In this document: positions 11,491-23,260 of the stretch, one piece after another
Numbering within the stretch: position 1 is the first letter of the stretch
How the letters are laid out: each line of letters starts with the position of its first letter
Source: Octopus bimaculoides
Lineage: Eukaryota
DNA: 46,362 nt
Assembly: GCF_001194135.2 (NCBI RefSeq)
Contig: NC_068981.1
Coordinates: 185,957,225-186,003,586 of the forward strand
Direction of reading: 5' to 3'
Made by a program: the position numbers and the translations under genes
Notes under the pieces: generated by a model
Databases searched by the model: none
Told to the model about the DNA's origin: nothing
What the model saw: only the letters and a program-made list of their open reading frames with translations

Positions 11491-11694
11491 TGAGGTGGGT
11501 GCTGTAATGTTCTTGGCTTTAAGGTATTGTGAAAGGACTGGTTGGAAGCCCAAACTTACAGGGTTTAGAAAACTGCAGGATTACTGCAATAGGTGTGTGA
11601 ATCTGGGAGGGGAGTCTGTTGAATAAAATCATAATAAACTGATCCTCTTGTATTTCCTTTTCCTCATAGCAAGGAACTTGTCAGCACCCCATCG
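11491..11694 (+). mobile_element. Internally deleted mariner (mini-element) with both TIRs
   Basis: Left end TA|TGAGGTGGGTGCTGTAATGTTCTTGGC versus right end GCAAGGAACTTGTCAGCACCCCATCG|TA. The interior retains a transposase C-terminus, TGFRKLQDYCNRCVNLGGESVE*. Confidence 0.75.
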
Positions 11695-11769
11695 TATATC
11701 ATACTGTGGGGACTGATTCCCTTGTTGATAATCCCCTGGTTTTAAATAAAATGTTAAACATTTATGGTT

Positions 11770-12110
11770 TGCAAATTAGTTGCCACATAAAGTTCAAGAG
11801 CGGATTCTCGTTCAAAGTAAATGCAGATATGAACTGTAAGATGCAGTATCTCATATACTGCATTACTTTCCCCAACTTCAAGGAAAATTATATTGGCGAA
11901 ACAAACAACTCACTCTGCCAACGTACAAGAATCCACAGACAACACATCTGACAAAAAGAATTGCCCAAGATTCCACCAAGCAAGTATTTAGAAATATACG
12001 GTGAAGGAAAGTCCAAAATCTTTCCCTTTTATAAATGTTCAAGAGATAATCCAATGTTTCGGAAAGCAGTGGAGCTACACTTCATCAAAAATTCTCTCCA
12101 GAATTAAATG
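11770..12110 (+). mobile_element. Penelope-like element GIY-YIG endonuclease remnant
   Basis: FKSGFSFKVNADMNCKMQYLIYCITFPNFKENYIGETNNSLCQRTRIHRQHI*..IPPSKYL..GEGK.KIFPFYK..E.HFIK, which has the LIY..YIGET..R..H pattern of PLE GIY-YIG domains. Confidence 0.88.
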
Positions 12111-15100
12111 TTTGTAAGAGAAGCAGAGGAACTACATTTTGTCAAAAAGTCTGGAACGAGAAACAGAGACAATATGCATGACCACCCCTCCAAATGAAAC
12201 AAACTATGAACATTACATGGTTTAGCTCACACAAACGCTGTGGCCAGCTAATATTTCTTCGGAGAAATAATGCAAATGAATGTTTGAATGAACGTTTGCC
12301 GTCTAACAATAATTACATACCATATTAGGAGACATAAATATATGCTAGATGATCTTGGCGGATGTCAGGAAAGCTTCTTCGTGATTATTTTACCACTTTA
12401 TTATTATTATTTAATAGTAATGCTGATGGATGAAGAGAAAACATTTATATTAATATTACACTTTAATTGTTGTTTGTGAATGTGGCTCCAGTGTTATAAA
12501 TGATCAGATATATAGTATAGAACATTGGGATTTTGACAATTGTTGTTCTTATAGAACTCACATACACCCGAGAAAGTATACTAGAACCATTTTACCACTG
12601 ATTAAGAAATATATCTAATGTAGCTAGTTGGCGAAGTAATCTGTGAAAATGATCTCTTTTAAATTATCTCATCCAAGCAAGCAATAAAAAGATAAGTAAA
12701 TCCTACAAAAGGATGAAAGATACTCAAAAATATATTTAAGCAGGCAGGCCTTGCTTTGTTATATAATTCATATGATACAGAAAGCCTTCCGGTTAAATAT
12801 ACGGTATACACGTTATTACAAAAATCATTTATGATGTTTGATTAAATGTACATAGAGAAAGTACCGAACTCAAATTATTTTTTTATGATCTGACTTTATT
12901 TTCCTAATTTGTGAATGTCGTGCTAATATTTAATGTTTGTTCCTGCAAAACACGGTACTACACAGATTATGGGACTATACATTTTCATGCTGCGTTATTT
13001 ACCTTGATCGGGCGATCTACTCGTGCAAATCAGTCAATGTGTTGACGGAATTATATATAAAGCTACAGCTTTCTTACGTTTGTTCAGAGTTGCCCCTCTT
13101 AGGTGCATCTCATTGACAAGGGTTGAAAAGCTCGAAAGATCAATGTCTAGATTCCTAACAGATAGCGATACTGAACGAATATATNNNNNNNNNNNNNNNN
13201 NNNNNNNNNNNNNNNNNNNNNNNNNNNNNNNNNNNNNNNNNNNNNNNNNNNNNNNNNNNNNNNNNNNNNNNNNNNNNNNNNNNNNNNNNNNNNNNNNNNN
13301 NNNNNNNNNNNNNNNNNNNNNNNNNNNNNNNNNNNNNNNNNNNNNNNNNNNNNNNNNNNNNNNNNNNNNNNNNNNNNNNNNNNNNNNNNNNNNNNNNNNN
13401 NNNNNNNNNNNNNNNNNNNNNNNNNNNNNNNNNNNNNNNNNNNNNNNNNNNNNNNNNNNNNNNNNNNNNNNNNNNNNNNNNNNNNNNNNNNNNNNNNNNN
13501 NNNNNNNNNNNNNNNNNNNNNNNNNNNNNNNNNNNNNNNNNNNNNNNNNNNNNNNNNNNNNNNNNNNNNNNNNNNNNNNNNNNNNNNNNNNNNNNNNNNN
13601 NNNNNNNNNNNNNNNNNNNNNNNNNNNNNNNNNNNTATATATATATATACATTATATAAGATGTACATGAATTTGTGACCTTAATTTTCCTTACATGGAA
13701 TGAGATGTTTTCTGATAAAAATATGCACAGTGTTAATGGTGGAATATGAAAGAAAGATTGATACGATATGAACTTTTGAAGACTTGCATATTCTTATTGT
13801 TTCTCCGACATATCAAGTTTTAAAGCGCTTAGCAGCTGCTCACTTTCGTAGCTTACAATTCCCTGCCTCTTGAGATTGTGACTAAAACATTTACCAAAAA
13901 AAAAAAAAGAAAAAAAAAACGAAAAGAAAAAATAACGAAAAGAAAAAAAAACGAAAAGAAAAAAAGGAAAAATCATCCAAGTTCACCAACATAAATCTTT
14001 AATGATATTCAAGTAGAAACGCTGTTTCGAAGAAGATATTCTGAAATATTTTCTTTTTCTTTGATTTTAAAAGAAATATTCACATCTGCAGGGCAACTGA
14101 CCTCTCTGACTGTACATAAATTTTATTCTCTGTCCCAGACAACTATATCTTATCTGTTATCCTTGCACATGGCGACCGTTTTAATGGGAAGTTTTCAACC
14201 AATTTTCTCTCTGTTGATAGTTATGTGTCTATTCCAAACAACGATACTCTCTATATTTATTCTTGCAAATGACATTCTCTATTGATATATTAATACCGTG
14301 TGATACCGCAAGACATTGCAATTCTAGACTACGTGCTTATCTAGGGTCTGCCATAGCAATGATAGAAAACGAACATTTTCTATTCTGGTCGTTTATGATC
14401 TTTGCTTTCGTTTTCTCTATTTGGAATTGCGTCCGCTACTATTTGAACCCAAAATTATAACTTTGGAAATATTCATGGTGTAACTATCACGACAACAACT
14501 ATTCTCAAGTTTACGGAACTCATCCACGTACAGATCGTTTGCTTGATATTACAGAATCTTTCTCTTCTCTGTCTTTAAATATGTACGAAATTCAGCAAGC
14601 ATGGGCTCACGTGGAAGGTCATAAAAATTCAGTAATTGTTGAAGAGTTCACAACCGATCTGTAGTATTTGATCTTGTTCATTTTAAATAACGGGCCGATA
14701 TATTTATTTCTGTTGTTGTTTCACAGATACTTTTTGAGTTGCATATTACGGTGTTCAAAGCCCGTAGGCAATGACATTAAGCTTCCTCATCTCACTTTCT
14801 TTTTGAGAAAGAACTTTTCAATATGATTCTTACTGTAAAATCATAAATTTAATATAATTTTTTTGTTTTTTAATATCTGCCTATTTACCTACCCACATAT
14901 CTATCTATCTATCTATCTATCTCTATGGACGGACGGTAGACGTGTCGGCTCTGTAAGTTTTGCCTTTTTCATGTTTTAAAAAGTTTGTTTGTAAAGTTTA
15001 TTTTATATACANNNNNNNNNNNNNNNNNNNNNNNNNNNNNNNNNNNNNNNNNNNNNNNNNNNNNNNNNNNNNNNNNNNNNNNNNNNNNNNNNNNNNNNNN

Positions 15101-15760
15101 NNNNNNNNNNNNNNNNNNNNNNNNNNNNNNNNNNNNNNNNNNNNNNNNNNNNNNNNNNNNNNNNNNNNNNNNNNNNNNNNNNNNNNNNNNNNNNNNNNNN
15201 NNNNNNNNNNNNNNNNNNNNNNNNNNNNNNNNNNNNNNNNNNNNNNNNNNNNNNNNNNNNNNNNNNNNNNNNNNNNNNNNNNNNNNNNNNNNNNNNNNNN
15301 NNNNNNNNNNNNNNNNNNNNNNNNNNNNNNNNNNNNNNNNNNNNNNNNNNNNNNNNNNNNNNNNNNNNNNNNNNNNNNNNNNNNNNNNNNNNNNNNNNNN
15401 NNNNNNNNNNNNNNNNNNNNNNNNNNNNNNNNNNNNNNNNNNNNNNNNNNNNNNNNNNNNNNNNNNNNNNNNNNNNNNNNNNNNNNNNNNNNNNNNNNNN
15501 NNNNNNNNNNNNNNNNNNNNNNNNNNNNNNNNNNNNNNNNNNNNNTATATGAACGCTGTGAGGCACGAACTTGAAAGTGAGGACGAAGTAAGTTCGCGTG
15601 TTTGCTCGGCGATAGCCAATGAAGAAAAGGATTAATGACCGGAAGCATGTGACCATGCAGGGGTAAGGGAGAGAGAGAGAGAGAGAGAGTGGTAGAGGGA
15701 GAAACAAAGGGAGGAAGTAGAAGAATAGGTGAGCAACGAGAGAAAGAGAGGAAGAGAGGA

Positions 15761-15864
15761 ATATAGTAGTTCAGAAGGAAGTACGAGAGAGATATAGTAG
15801 TAACAGAAGGAAGAACGAGAGGGGTAAAGAGAGATACGTAGTAGTAACAGAGGAAGAACGAGAG
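15761..15864 (+). repeat. Purine-rich minisatellite, 3 copies of about 30 bp
   Basis: ATATAGTAGTAACAGAAGGAAGAACGAGAG-like units at 15761, 15792 and about 15836. Confidence 0.8.
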
Positions 15865-16599
15865 GGGAAAATGTGCTAGAGAAAGAGTGATATCTGTCTG
15901 TCAGCCTGTCCGTTGATATATTTATCTATTTATCTCTCTGTCTCTCTTCCTCTCTCTCTCTCTCTTTCTCTCTCCCATATATTTGAAAATATGGTTTCTT
16001 GCGGCTCTAAGGGTGGTTTAACTCTTATTTCTAGCAATGTAGATGCTACGCAGCACCATCAGCCAAAATTAGTGACAATTGAATTGTTCTTGTTTGGTGT
16101 TATATTGCGTATAGCCGCCTTAAAAATTGAGGGTATCTGAAGAAGAGAGAGCGTGGGGAAAAAGATAGATAACTAGAGAAATTAGATAAAGAGAGAAGGG
16201 AGGAGACACAGAGAGAGAGAGGAGAGAGAAATAGGAGAGATGGGAGAGAGAGTGAGGAGATGGGGTGAGTAGGGAGAGGGACGTGGAAGAGAGAAGGGGA
16301 CAAAGGGGACAAAATAGAGATGAGGAAAAACAATCACCGTCGCTAATTTCCTTAAGTCTGGCATACTAGTTCAGAGCATACTTGTACAGTATACTTTTAT
16401 CAATGCCGAGATATATGTATGAAACCAAAAAGAGAGAGAGAAGGACGAATGATATAAACTGTTTCGCTTTGGAAACAAGTTTGAAGTACGCGTCTGTGAA
16501 ATATAAATTTATCGTCTGTCTAAATTTCCTCCTTGTATCAGTTCAAAATATGGTTACTAAATCCAAAATTCTTATTGCTTCTACTTCATACATTTTCAG

Positions 16600-16640
16600 T
16601 GTGATAGTTTAAGAAACCCACAGGAAGAGAACAGTTACAG
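16600..16640 (+). CDS. Candidate 41-nt internal exon (CDSLRNPQEENSY..), unidentified gene
   Basis: Acceptor CTTCTACTTCATACATTTTCAG|, donor CAG|GTAACA, and only one open frame. No homology recognised. Confidence 0.3.
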
Positions 16641-16747
16641 GTAACAAGTATGTGTGTGTATGTATGTATGTATGTATGTATGTATGTATGTATGTATATA
16701 TGTATGTATGTATGTATGTATATAGTACTATGTACGTATGTACGTCA

Positions 16748-16878
16748 TTATTCAGTTTTGTTTCAAGATTTCTTGCTAAAAGAGAAAGAGCCGACTTCTA
16801 ATCTAGATCCAATCTAGATTCATTGAAATTTCAACATCAACAAAAGGGTAACTTTGTATGTGTATGTATGTATGTATG

Positions 16879-16915
<37 letters not shown>

Positions 16916-17217
16916 GTGAAGATTGATATGTTTTGCTTTATGTATATATTCTCAAGCATTTAGTTGCATATCTTGACATTCTCATATATATTTAAATGAT
17001 AAACTTCTGGAAAGTTTTACAAATTTTAACAGTTCCACTGATCGATTGGATATGAAGTCTTCGAATTAGCATTGTCCTTTTCTGCTTTCGAGAAGTCTAA
17101 TTTCTCACGATTGGTAGTTAGGTAGTGTGTTACATATCCCAGGGCCCCAATAATTACAGATATTAACCTGAACTTATAATCTTGTTAGAGTAACTACTGA
17201 TTTCCCAATAGTTCACA
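16748..17217 (-). mobile_element. R4/Dong-like (RLE-type) non-LTR retrotransposon 3' end
   Basis: The minus strand reads DYKFRLISVIIGALGYVTHYL..LIRRLHIQSISGTVKICKTFQKFII* (the PxxIGALG motif follows the RLE domain). A 3' UTR follows and ends beside a (TATG)n tract. Confidence 0.7.
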
Positions 17218-17268
17218 CACACATATATACACATATATATAGCAGCATACAGATTCGTGTTATATACA

Positions 17269-18045
17269 CAGGGTGTTCTTGCTAAACTTGCATAAAAGGA
17301 AAAGGAAAACACAATAACCCGCCCAAAAGTAAACGTATTTTATAAAATCGAGAAATATCAACGATGGCTGGGAGATAAATGTTTACTTAAAGTAGCCCTC
17401 CCAGCTTTCACACAGCCTCAAAACGGCTCCCCAACCTATCGCATCTGTTCCTCCCTGTGTCCCGGGGAAAATCTTCGAGCACCTCTCGGCCACCAGCTCG
17501 GCTTTGGCGTTGCAGACAGAACAGATGGTTTCTTTCTCATCCTCACACCACGCGTAGTATTCTATGGGAATTACAGTCAGGAGAATTGGGAGGCAAGATA
17601 CTGGGGCCGCTGAACTCGTAGCTCATCTCCATCAACTACACTTGACCCTCTCCGGAGGAATGGCAAGTATATGGTCTTCCACCAGTAACTTTCTTCAATC
17701 ACAGGTTCTTCAAGTATGTGAGACTATCATGACACTCTCTTTGGAGACTCGCACAAAGACCATCACAGTTTAGAAGTGCTTGGTTTTCATGATGCCCTTC
17801 TCACATCTTACCGTCTTTATAGAATTCACAGAACATTGCGTAACGGTGATGCATAGGCATTTTGATACCTGGCGTAAATCATCATGATACAGGTACCTTT
17901 CTCAAATATTCAGATGCTGTCCAGTCCTCTATATCAGCTAACTTTTTCTCAGCTACAACTTCATCCTTCATGCTCTCCAATGCCGTTGACTGTTCCATAA
18001 CACAAGAAACGTAAAAATATCGTCAAACTTAGTCGGAACAGCCTG
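17269..18045 (-). mobile_element. Tc1/mariner (maT/DD37D-like) element, deleted and decayed, both TIRs
   Basis: Ends are CAGGGTGTTCTTGCTAAACTTG and CAAACTTAGTCGGAACAGCCTG|TA. The minus strand encodes LPPNSPDCN (WPPNSPDxNP motif), then EKETI.S.CN.KAELV and ..EGYFK. Confidence 0.8.
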
Positions 18046-18648
18046 TATATGAATGTACACAGGCATACATACACATTCAAGAGTCGATAACCTCACAATA
18101 GTAGACTGTGAATAACAAGTATGGAAGCAGATATCATATTTCTAATTCGTTTCTTTCATGACTGTACAGAATACAGTTAGAGTACATTGAACTATCTCAT
18201 ACAAATATCGGTATCACAAGATCTTGTACAACTTCTAAAGTCTCTGGTCACTGATTGTTCAGCAACTATTTTATTCAATGAAATATGATCGTATCTGTTA
18301 GTATTTCTGAACGATATAACATAAGAAGGCCTTGGATAACTGCATTTCAGTTATTCATCTGTATTTCCACCATTTACTAAACCTGATTAAAATATCACAG
18401 CCAAAATATAGTTCATTCTTGGCTTTGTGGGTAAGTATCTCGCTTTGCAACCACGTAGCTTTGGGTTTATCCCACCGTGTGGCACCTTCATCGTGACTAA
18501 AACAAGGAAACGCTAAATGAATTGGATAAAAAAAAGGACGGGATGTTCACGACTGGAGAAGATTTTACTATAAGTATGCGCATTTGAAGTTAATCTATAG
18601 TAAAGCACCACCACCAACAACAACAACAATTTTTATTTTATTTTCCAG

Positions 18649-18724
18649 TTTTTGCCAGCGACGGAGATTCAAAGCCGCCGTTCGATTTGTTAGAAACAAA
18701 AGAAAAATATTTCTCAAATCGTAG
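18649..18724 (+). CDS. Candidate terminal coding exon (FCQRRRFKAAVRFVRNKRKIFLKS*)
   Basis: Acceptor TTTTATTTTATTTTCCAG|, phase-compatible with the 16600-16640 exon, and AATAAA at 18850-18855. No homology confirmed. Confidence 0.25.
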
Positions 18725-19055
18725 CATCATAAAGAGGCATAAAATGGATAATGTATGAACTAAAATACACGTCTAGAATGTGCTTTATTTCCCATGCTTT
18801 TATGTATAGTTTTTAGCAGTTCTCAAACGGAGGGCTGCTGGTGTTTGACAATAAATAGCAAGCCTTTAGAAAATCCACACTTATGTATGAGCAACGTGAA
18901 AAACGCGTGATTCATAATTTCTGCATATTATAAAATGTAATAAATTGACCTTTCAATGCTTTTTCCGTAATTTATTATCTCTCTATTAGATCAGTCACTT
19001 TATTCAATAAACTATATTATATATATATAGTGAACTCAATCCATGTGTTCTATTG

Positions 19056-19331
<276 letters not shown>

Positions 19332-19619
19332 CCATTTATTTCGCTCAACTCTCACAAAAATTCTTTATCTGTGTTTCCAATTCCCTCTGCTTTCCTTCCT
19401 TTGTCTTCTTTCTTCCCTAAATGTCTTTCTGTCAGTTTTATCACCGTAACGTCCAACACACGTTTTCGCCTTTTAATTCCAACCTCCTTTCCAAATTGAC
19501 ATGAACTCATACCACGTTAGAACTCTAATAGCTTTACGTTGTTTTCGACAAAGTAAAGACCACACTTCTTCATATCTCTTCTTTTATTCTTTCTCCTTCG
19601 CTATTTTCGTCTTGATTAA

Positions 19620-19740
19620 ATCCAGACGAATGCATCCTTACAGTTCATCCCTTCGATGTCGATGAAACAATTACCAGCAGTGCATTCGGGTTGATGTAAC
19701 TCACTAGCTCATCTTTCCAAATTTCAGGCCTTGTGGTGAT
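19620..19740 (+). mobile_element. SINE family A, degenerate 3' part
   Basis: TTCATCCCTTCGATGTCGATGAAA..TACCAG..CAAATTTCAGGCCTTGTG. Confidence 0.6.
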
Positions 19741-20444
19741 AACAAAAATTATTTTCATACTTGAACAGAATTATTTTCATATATTTATTTATCTATACCG
19801 TTCTCCTTGCTCCACAGTTTCTTTTCCCATTCTCATTTCCTTTCTCTATTTTTAACTCTCTGTGGTCTATCAGCCCTAGAATGCATCAGCCCAAAATTTT
19901 CCATGGCGCATTTGAAATTACAACATCGCAACAAACCCCCTGGACAGGACGCTGATCCTTCGCAGGAGATCCCTCTGAACTGAGCCGTATACCGGATACT
20001 TATTCTAGCGTTAAACACTTAAAAATATGGACTTCCAGACAAGGGTTTTGAGTCCCGAAAGTTTGTAGCAAATTACATCGATTTCTGAAATACCAAACAT
20101 AAGAATGATGATGTATTTAAATTATGAACACATGAGCAAAACTTAAAATGTTTGCAACTCTAAACCCAGCTAAACGGAAGCAGAGAAGTCAACTATGCAT
20201 TAAACACTGTTCAAAAGTGACATAAATAGATTTGCCTAAAAATTTAAGGCTTCTCTGCAGGATCATTTGATCAACTTCAGTTCATTTGTGAACGACAGAA
20301 AGATCTAAAAGCGTGTTTCTGCCTTCGATTATATGATAACGATCTACATGAACAGCTTGTGTGCCATCCAGAAATGTGTGCCATCAGTGTACACTGTCTA
20401 TATTTACGATGTCTATGTTCATTTAGCATTTTTTTTTGTTTTTT

Positions 20445-20825
20445 TTTGTTTCAGTCAATGAACTACCGCTATGCAGAGCCACCGCAAGGAAGTGTTTAGT
20501 AGAACAAATAACCCCAAGTACTTATTTTTTTAAAGTTTGGTAGTTATTTTATTTGATCCTTTTGCAGAACTGCGAAGGAAAAGGAACGTGAAAGAACCAA
20601 CAGCGGTTGTCATGTGGTAGGAGTGAAAGTACAAAGGTGCATGCATATATAGACGCGGTGTTCCCCAGAATTTCCGTTTACCGAATCCACTCGCAAGATA
20701 TTGGACGATTGGTCGACTTGGAGCTATCGAAGGAGATACTTACCCAACGTTCCATATTGTGGGACTGAAGTCAAACCACGTGATTGCAAAGAGAGCTTCT
20801 TAAACACACAGCCATACCTGTGCCT
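20445..20825 (-). mobile_element. SINE family B, old
   Basis: The plus strand ends CACACAGCCATACCTGTGCCTT (reverse complement of the head AAGGC.CAGG.ATGGCTGTGTG). The reverse-complement tail TTTCAGTCA is at 20450. Confidence 0.7.
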
Positions 20826-21735
20826 TCATGTGAATATTCAATTAATTGTTAATTGCTGAAGGAGTAAGATAAGCTGAGAAGCTTATCATTAATAGAAGAC
20901 TTGAAAGATGATTAAGAGACACAAGACCAACCCTGTATATTCTAGTTAAAAGATGATGAGAACTCAGAAGCACTAAGGTTATATAGTGATTAGTAGTTAT
21001 AGCTATACGAGCTGAGAAGTCATCACGTTTGTGAAAGAACAGAGACTAACTAGAAGTAATCTTTAATTTAGGCGCCTGTCTCTATTAAATACAAAGTTAA
21101 ATGTCGGCTATGGCATTTGAAAAGACGGTACCGGTTGACTTAATAATATCGTCGAAGCTGAGTAAATATATTTGAATCACAGCACATCGACCCTAAGGAC
21201 AATCTCCACCTAATGTGATGGATCTTAGAGAAGCTGTGAGAGAAAGAATCTAATGATGTTGGGTTGAGAATCAATTTAGATCCACTGAAGCCTTCAGTAT
21301 CTGGTTATCATATAATTGCAGCTGAATTAGATAAAGTCTTTAAAGTTTGAATCTCTAAATGTAATATACAGTGGCATTTAATTGGTGCTAATACTAGCTG
21401 GTCACCAATTGAATTCGTTTACTATCATTCACTCAGTCTGTCTGCCTGCTAGAAATAACAGTCAAAACTCTCATTTTAATCGACAAAATTACACTAATGA
21501 TTACTACAGAAATCAACCGAAGCAGATCAGGTTAATAAAATGTCCTAACGTACATTTAAGTATACCATGCACCGGTTTCTGTACTTGCAAAATAAAAATA
21601 AAATCACCTTAACTCATCAGCACGTGTTACCATGGAAAGAGACCCCAAACTACTCGTATCGAAGTCTGAGCTGCAACTGATTCGTTTTGCGCCGAAATCA
21701 AATTACTGCCATCAGTGAAAGAAATATTCTCTATA

Positions 21736-22036
21736 CAAGGGGAAACAATTCGCGAGAAAAAATATGATTCTCGAAAATTTAGTTTGCTAAGATATTATTA
21801 ATTCTGTTATCATCTGGAATGACTATTTTAAAAAATGGTAATAACAGAATTAATAATATAGGCGATCGCAGGCCCTAGCTGAGGGATTAAAATTAAAATT
21901 AATCAAAGGACATACTAGGCATGTACTAAGTATATATTTTTTTTAATGGTCATTCCAGATGATAACAGAACTAATATTATCTTCGCAAATTGAGAATTAT
22001 ATTTTTTCTCGCGAATTGTCTGCTTGTCTGCCCTTG
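21736..22036. mobile_element. MITE, about 300 bp, with about 95-bp terminal inverted repeats
   Basis: The left arm 21736-21835 (TA|CAAGGGGAAACAATTCGCGAGAAAAAATATGATTCTC..TTCTGTTATCATCTGGAATGAC) is the reverse complement of 21939-22036 (GTCATTCCAGATGATAACAGAA..GAGAATTATATTTTTTCTCGCGAATTGTC..CCCTTG). There is no ORF. Confidence 0.88.
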
Positions 22037-22726
22037 GATATATATATNNNNNNNNNNNNNNNNNNNNNNNNNNNNNNNNNNNNNNNNNNNNNNNNNNNNN
22101 NNNNNNNNNNNNNNNNNNNNNNNNNNNNNNNNNNNNNNNNNNNNNNNNNNNNNNNNNNNNNNNNNNNNNNNNNNNNNNNNNNNNNNNNNNNNNNNNNNNN
22201 NNNNNNNNNNNNNNNNNNNNNNNNNNNNNNNNNNNNNNNNNNNNNNNNNNNNNNNNNNNNNNNNNNNNNNNNNNNNNNNNNNNNNNNNNNNNNNNNNNNN
22301 NNNNNNNNNNNNNNNNNNNNNNNNNNNNNNNNNNNNNNNNNNNNNNNNNNNNNNNNNNNNNNNNNNNNNNNNNNNNNNNNNNNNNNNNNNNNNNNNNNNN
22401 NNNNNNNNNNNNNNNNNNNNNNNNNNNNNNNNNNNNNNNNNNNNNNNNNNNNNNNNNNNNNNNNNNNNNNNNNNNNNNNNNNNNNNNNNNNNNNNNNNNN
22501 NNNNNNNNNNNNNNNNNNNNNNNNNNNNNNNNNNNNNNNNNNNNNNNNNNNNNNNNNNNNNNNNNNNNNNNNNNNNNNNNNNNNNNNNNNNNNNNNNNNN
22601 NNNNNNNNNNNNNNNNNNNNNNNNNNNNNNNNNNNNNNNNNNNNNNNNNNNNNNNNNNNNNNNNNNNNNNNNNNNNNNNNNNNNNNNNNNNNNNNNNNNN
22701 NNNNNNGTGTGTGTGTGTGTGTGTGC

Positions 22727-22975
22727 GTCTGTGTGTGTGTGTGTGTGTGTATCTGTGTGCTTTTTCTGTGTCTGTCTCCCTACACCATCGATTGACAACC
22801 GATGTTGGTGTGTTTACTTCCCCGGTAACATTGCGGTTCGACCAAAGAGACCGATAGAATAAATACCAGGCTTACAATCAATAAGTCCAGGGGGCGATTT
22901 CTTCGACTAAAAACTGGCAGTGCTACAGTATGGCTACAGTCAAAAAAACTGAAACAAATAAAATAATAAAAGAAT
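22727..22975 (+). mobile_element. SINE family B, 3' half (5' part presumably in the gap)
   Basis: TTGACAACCGATGTTGGTGTGTTTAC..GAGACCGATAGAATAAATACCAGGCTTACAA..CGACTAAA, with an A-rich tail. Confidence 0.85.
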
Positions 22976-23079
22976 ATGGATAAGCATATTGAAAGGGATC
23001 GTGGGGAAAACTCATTTAATTATAAGGGGTCCTTGGTAGTAAAAAGTTTTCGAACCATTGGCATAGTACCTGCTGATAC

Positions 23080-23260
23080 CTTTTAATCCGCGATGACGAC
23101 TGACAGCCATAGTTAACCGTTCCGTGCAGTATTTATCGATTCCTATATATAAGATGCCACACTTTGTATAAAGAATACCGTTCCAACTAGTGATAAGAGT
23201 ATATGATGTGCCAGGAATAAATAAGAAAAGTTGATTCCTTATAGAGACTTCACACAACTC
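23080..23260 (-). mobile_element. Possible PLE GIY-YIG remnant
   Basis: TSYTLI..ILYTKCGILYIG..TERL..RHR resembles the PLE pattern TSxNLIYxIxCTKCGxLYIGETxRxLxxRxxEHR. It lies near the PLE-type palindrome at 23703-23933. Confidence 0.4.

Noticed and set aside
12960-13050. DYGTIHFHAALFTLIGRS, resembling the voltage-gated Ca-channel motif GTVxFNATLFALVR
   Set aside because: The frame closes after a few codons, there is no convincing donor, and no other channel exons appear in the window.
21436-21529. Candidate exon CLPARNNSQNSHFNRQNYTNDYYRNQPKQI
   Set aside because: The donor is weak (GTTAAT), the phases do not fit neighbouring candidates, and no homology was recognised.
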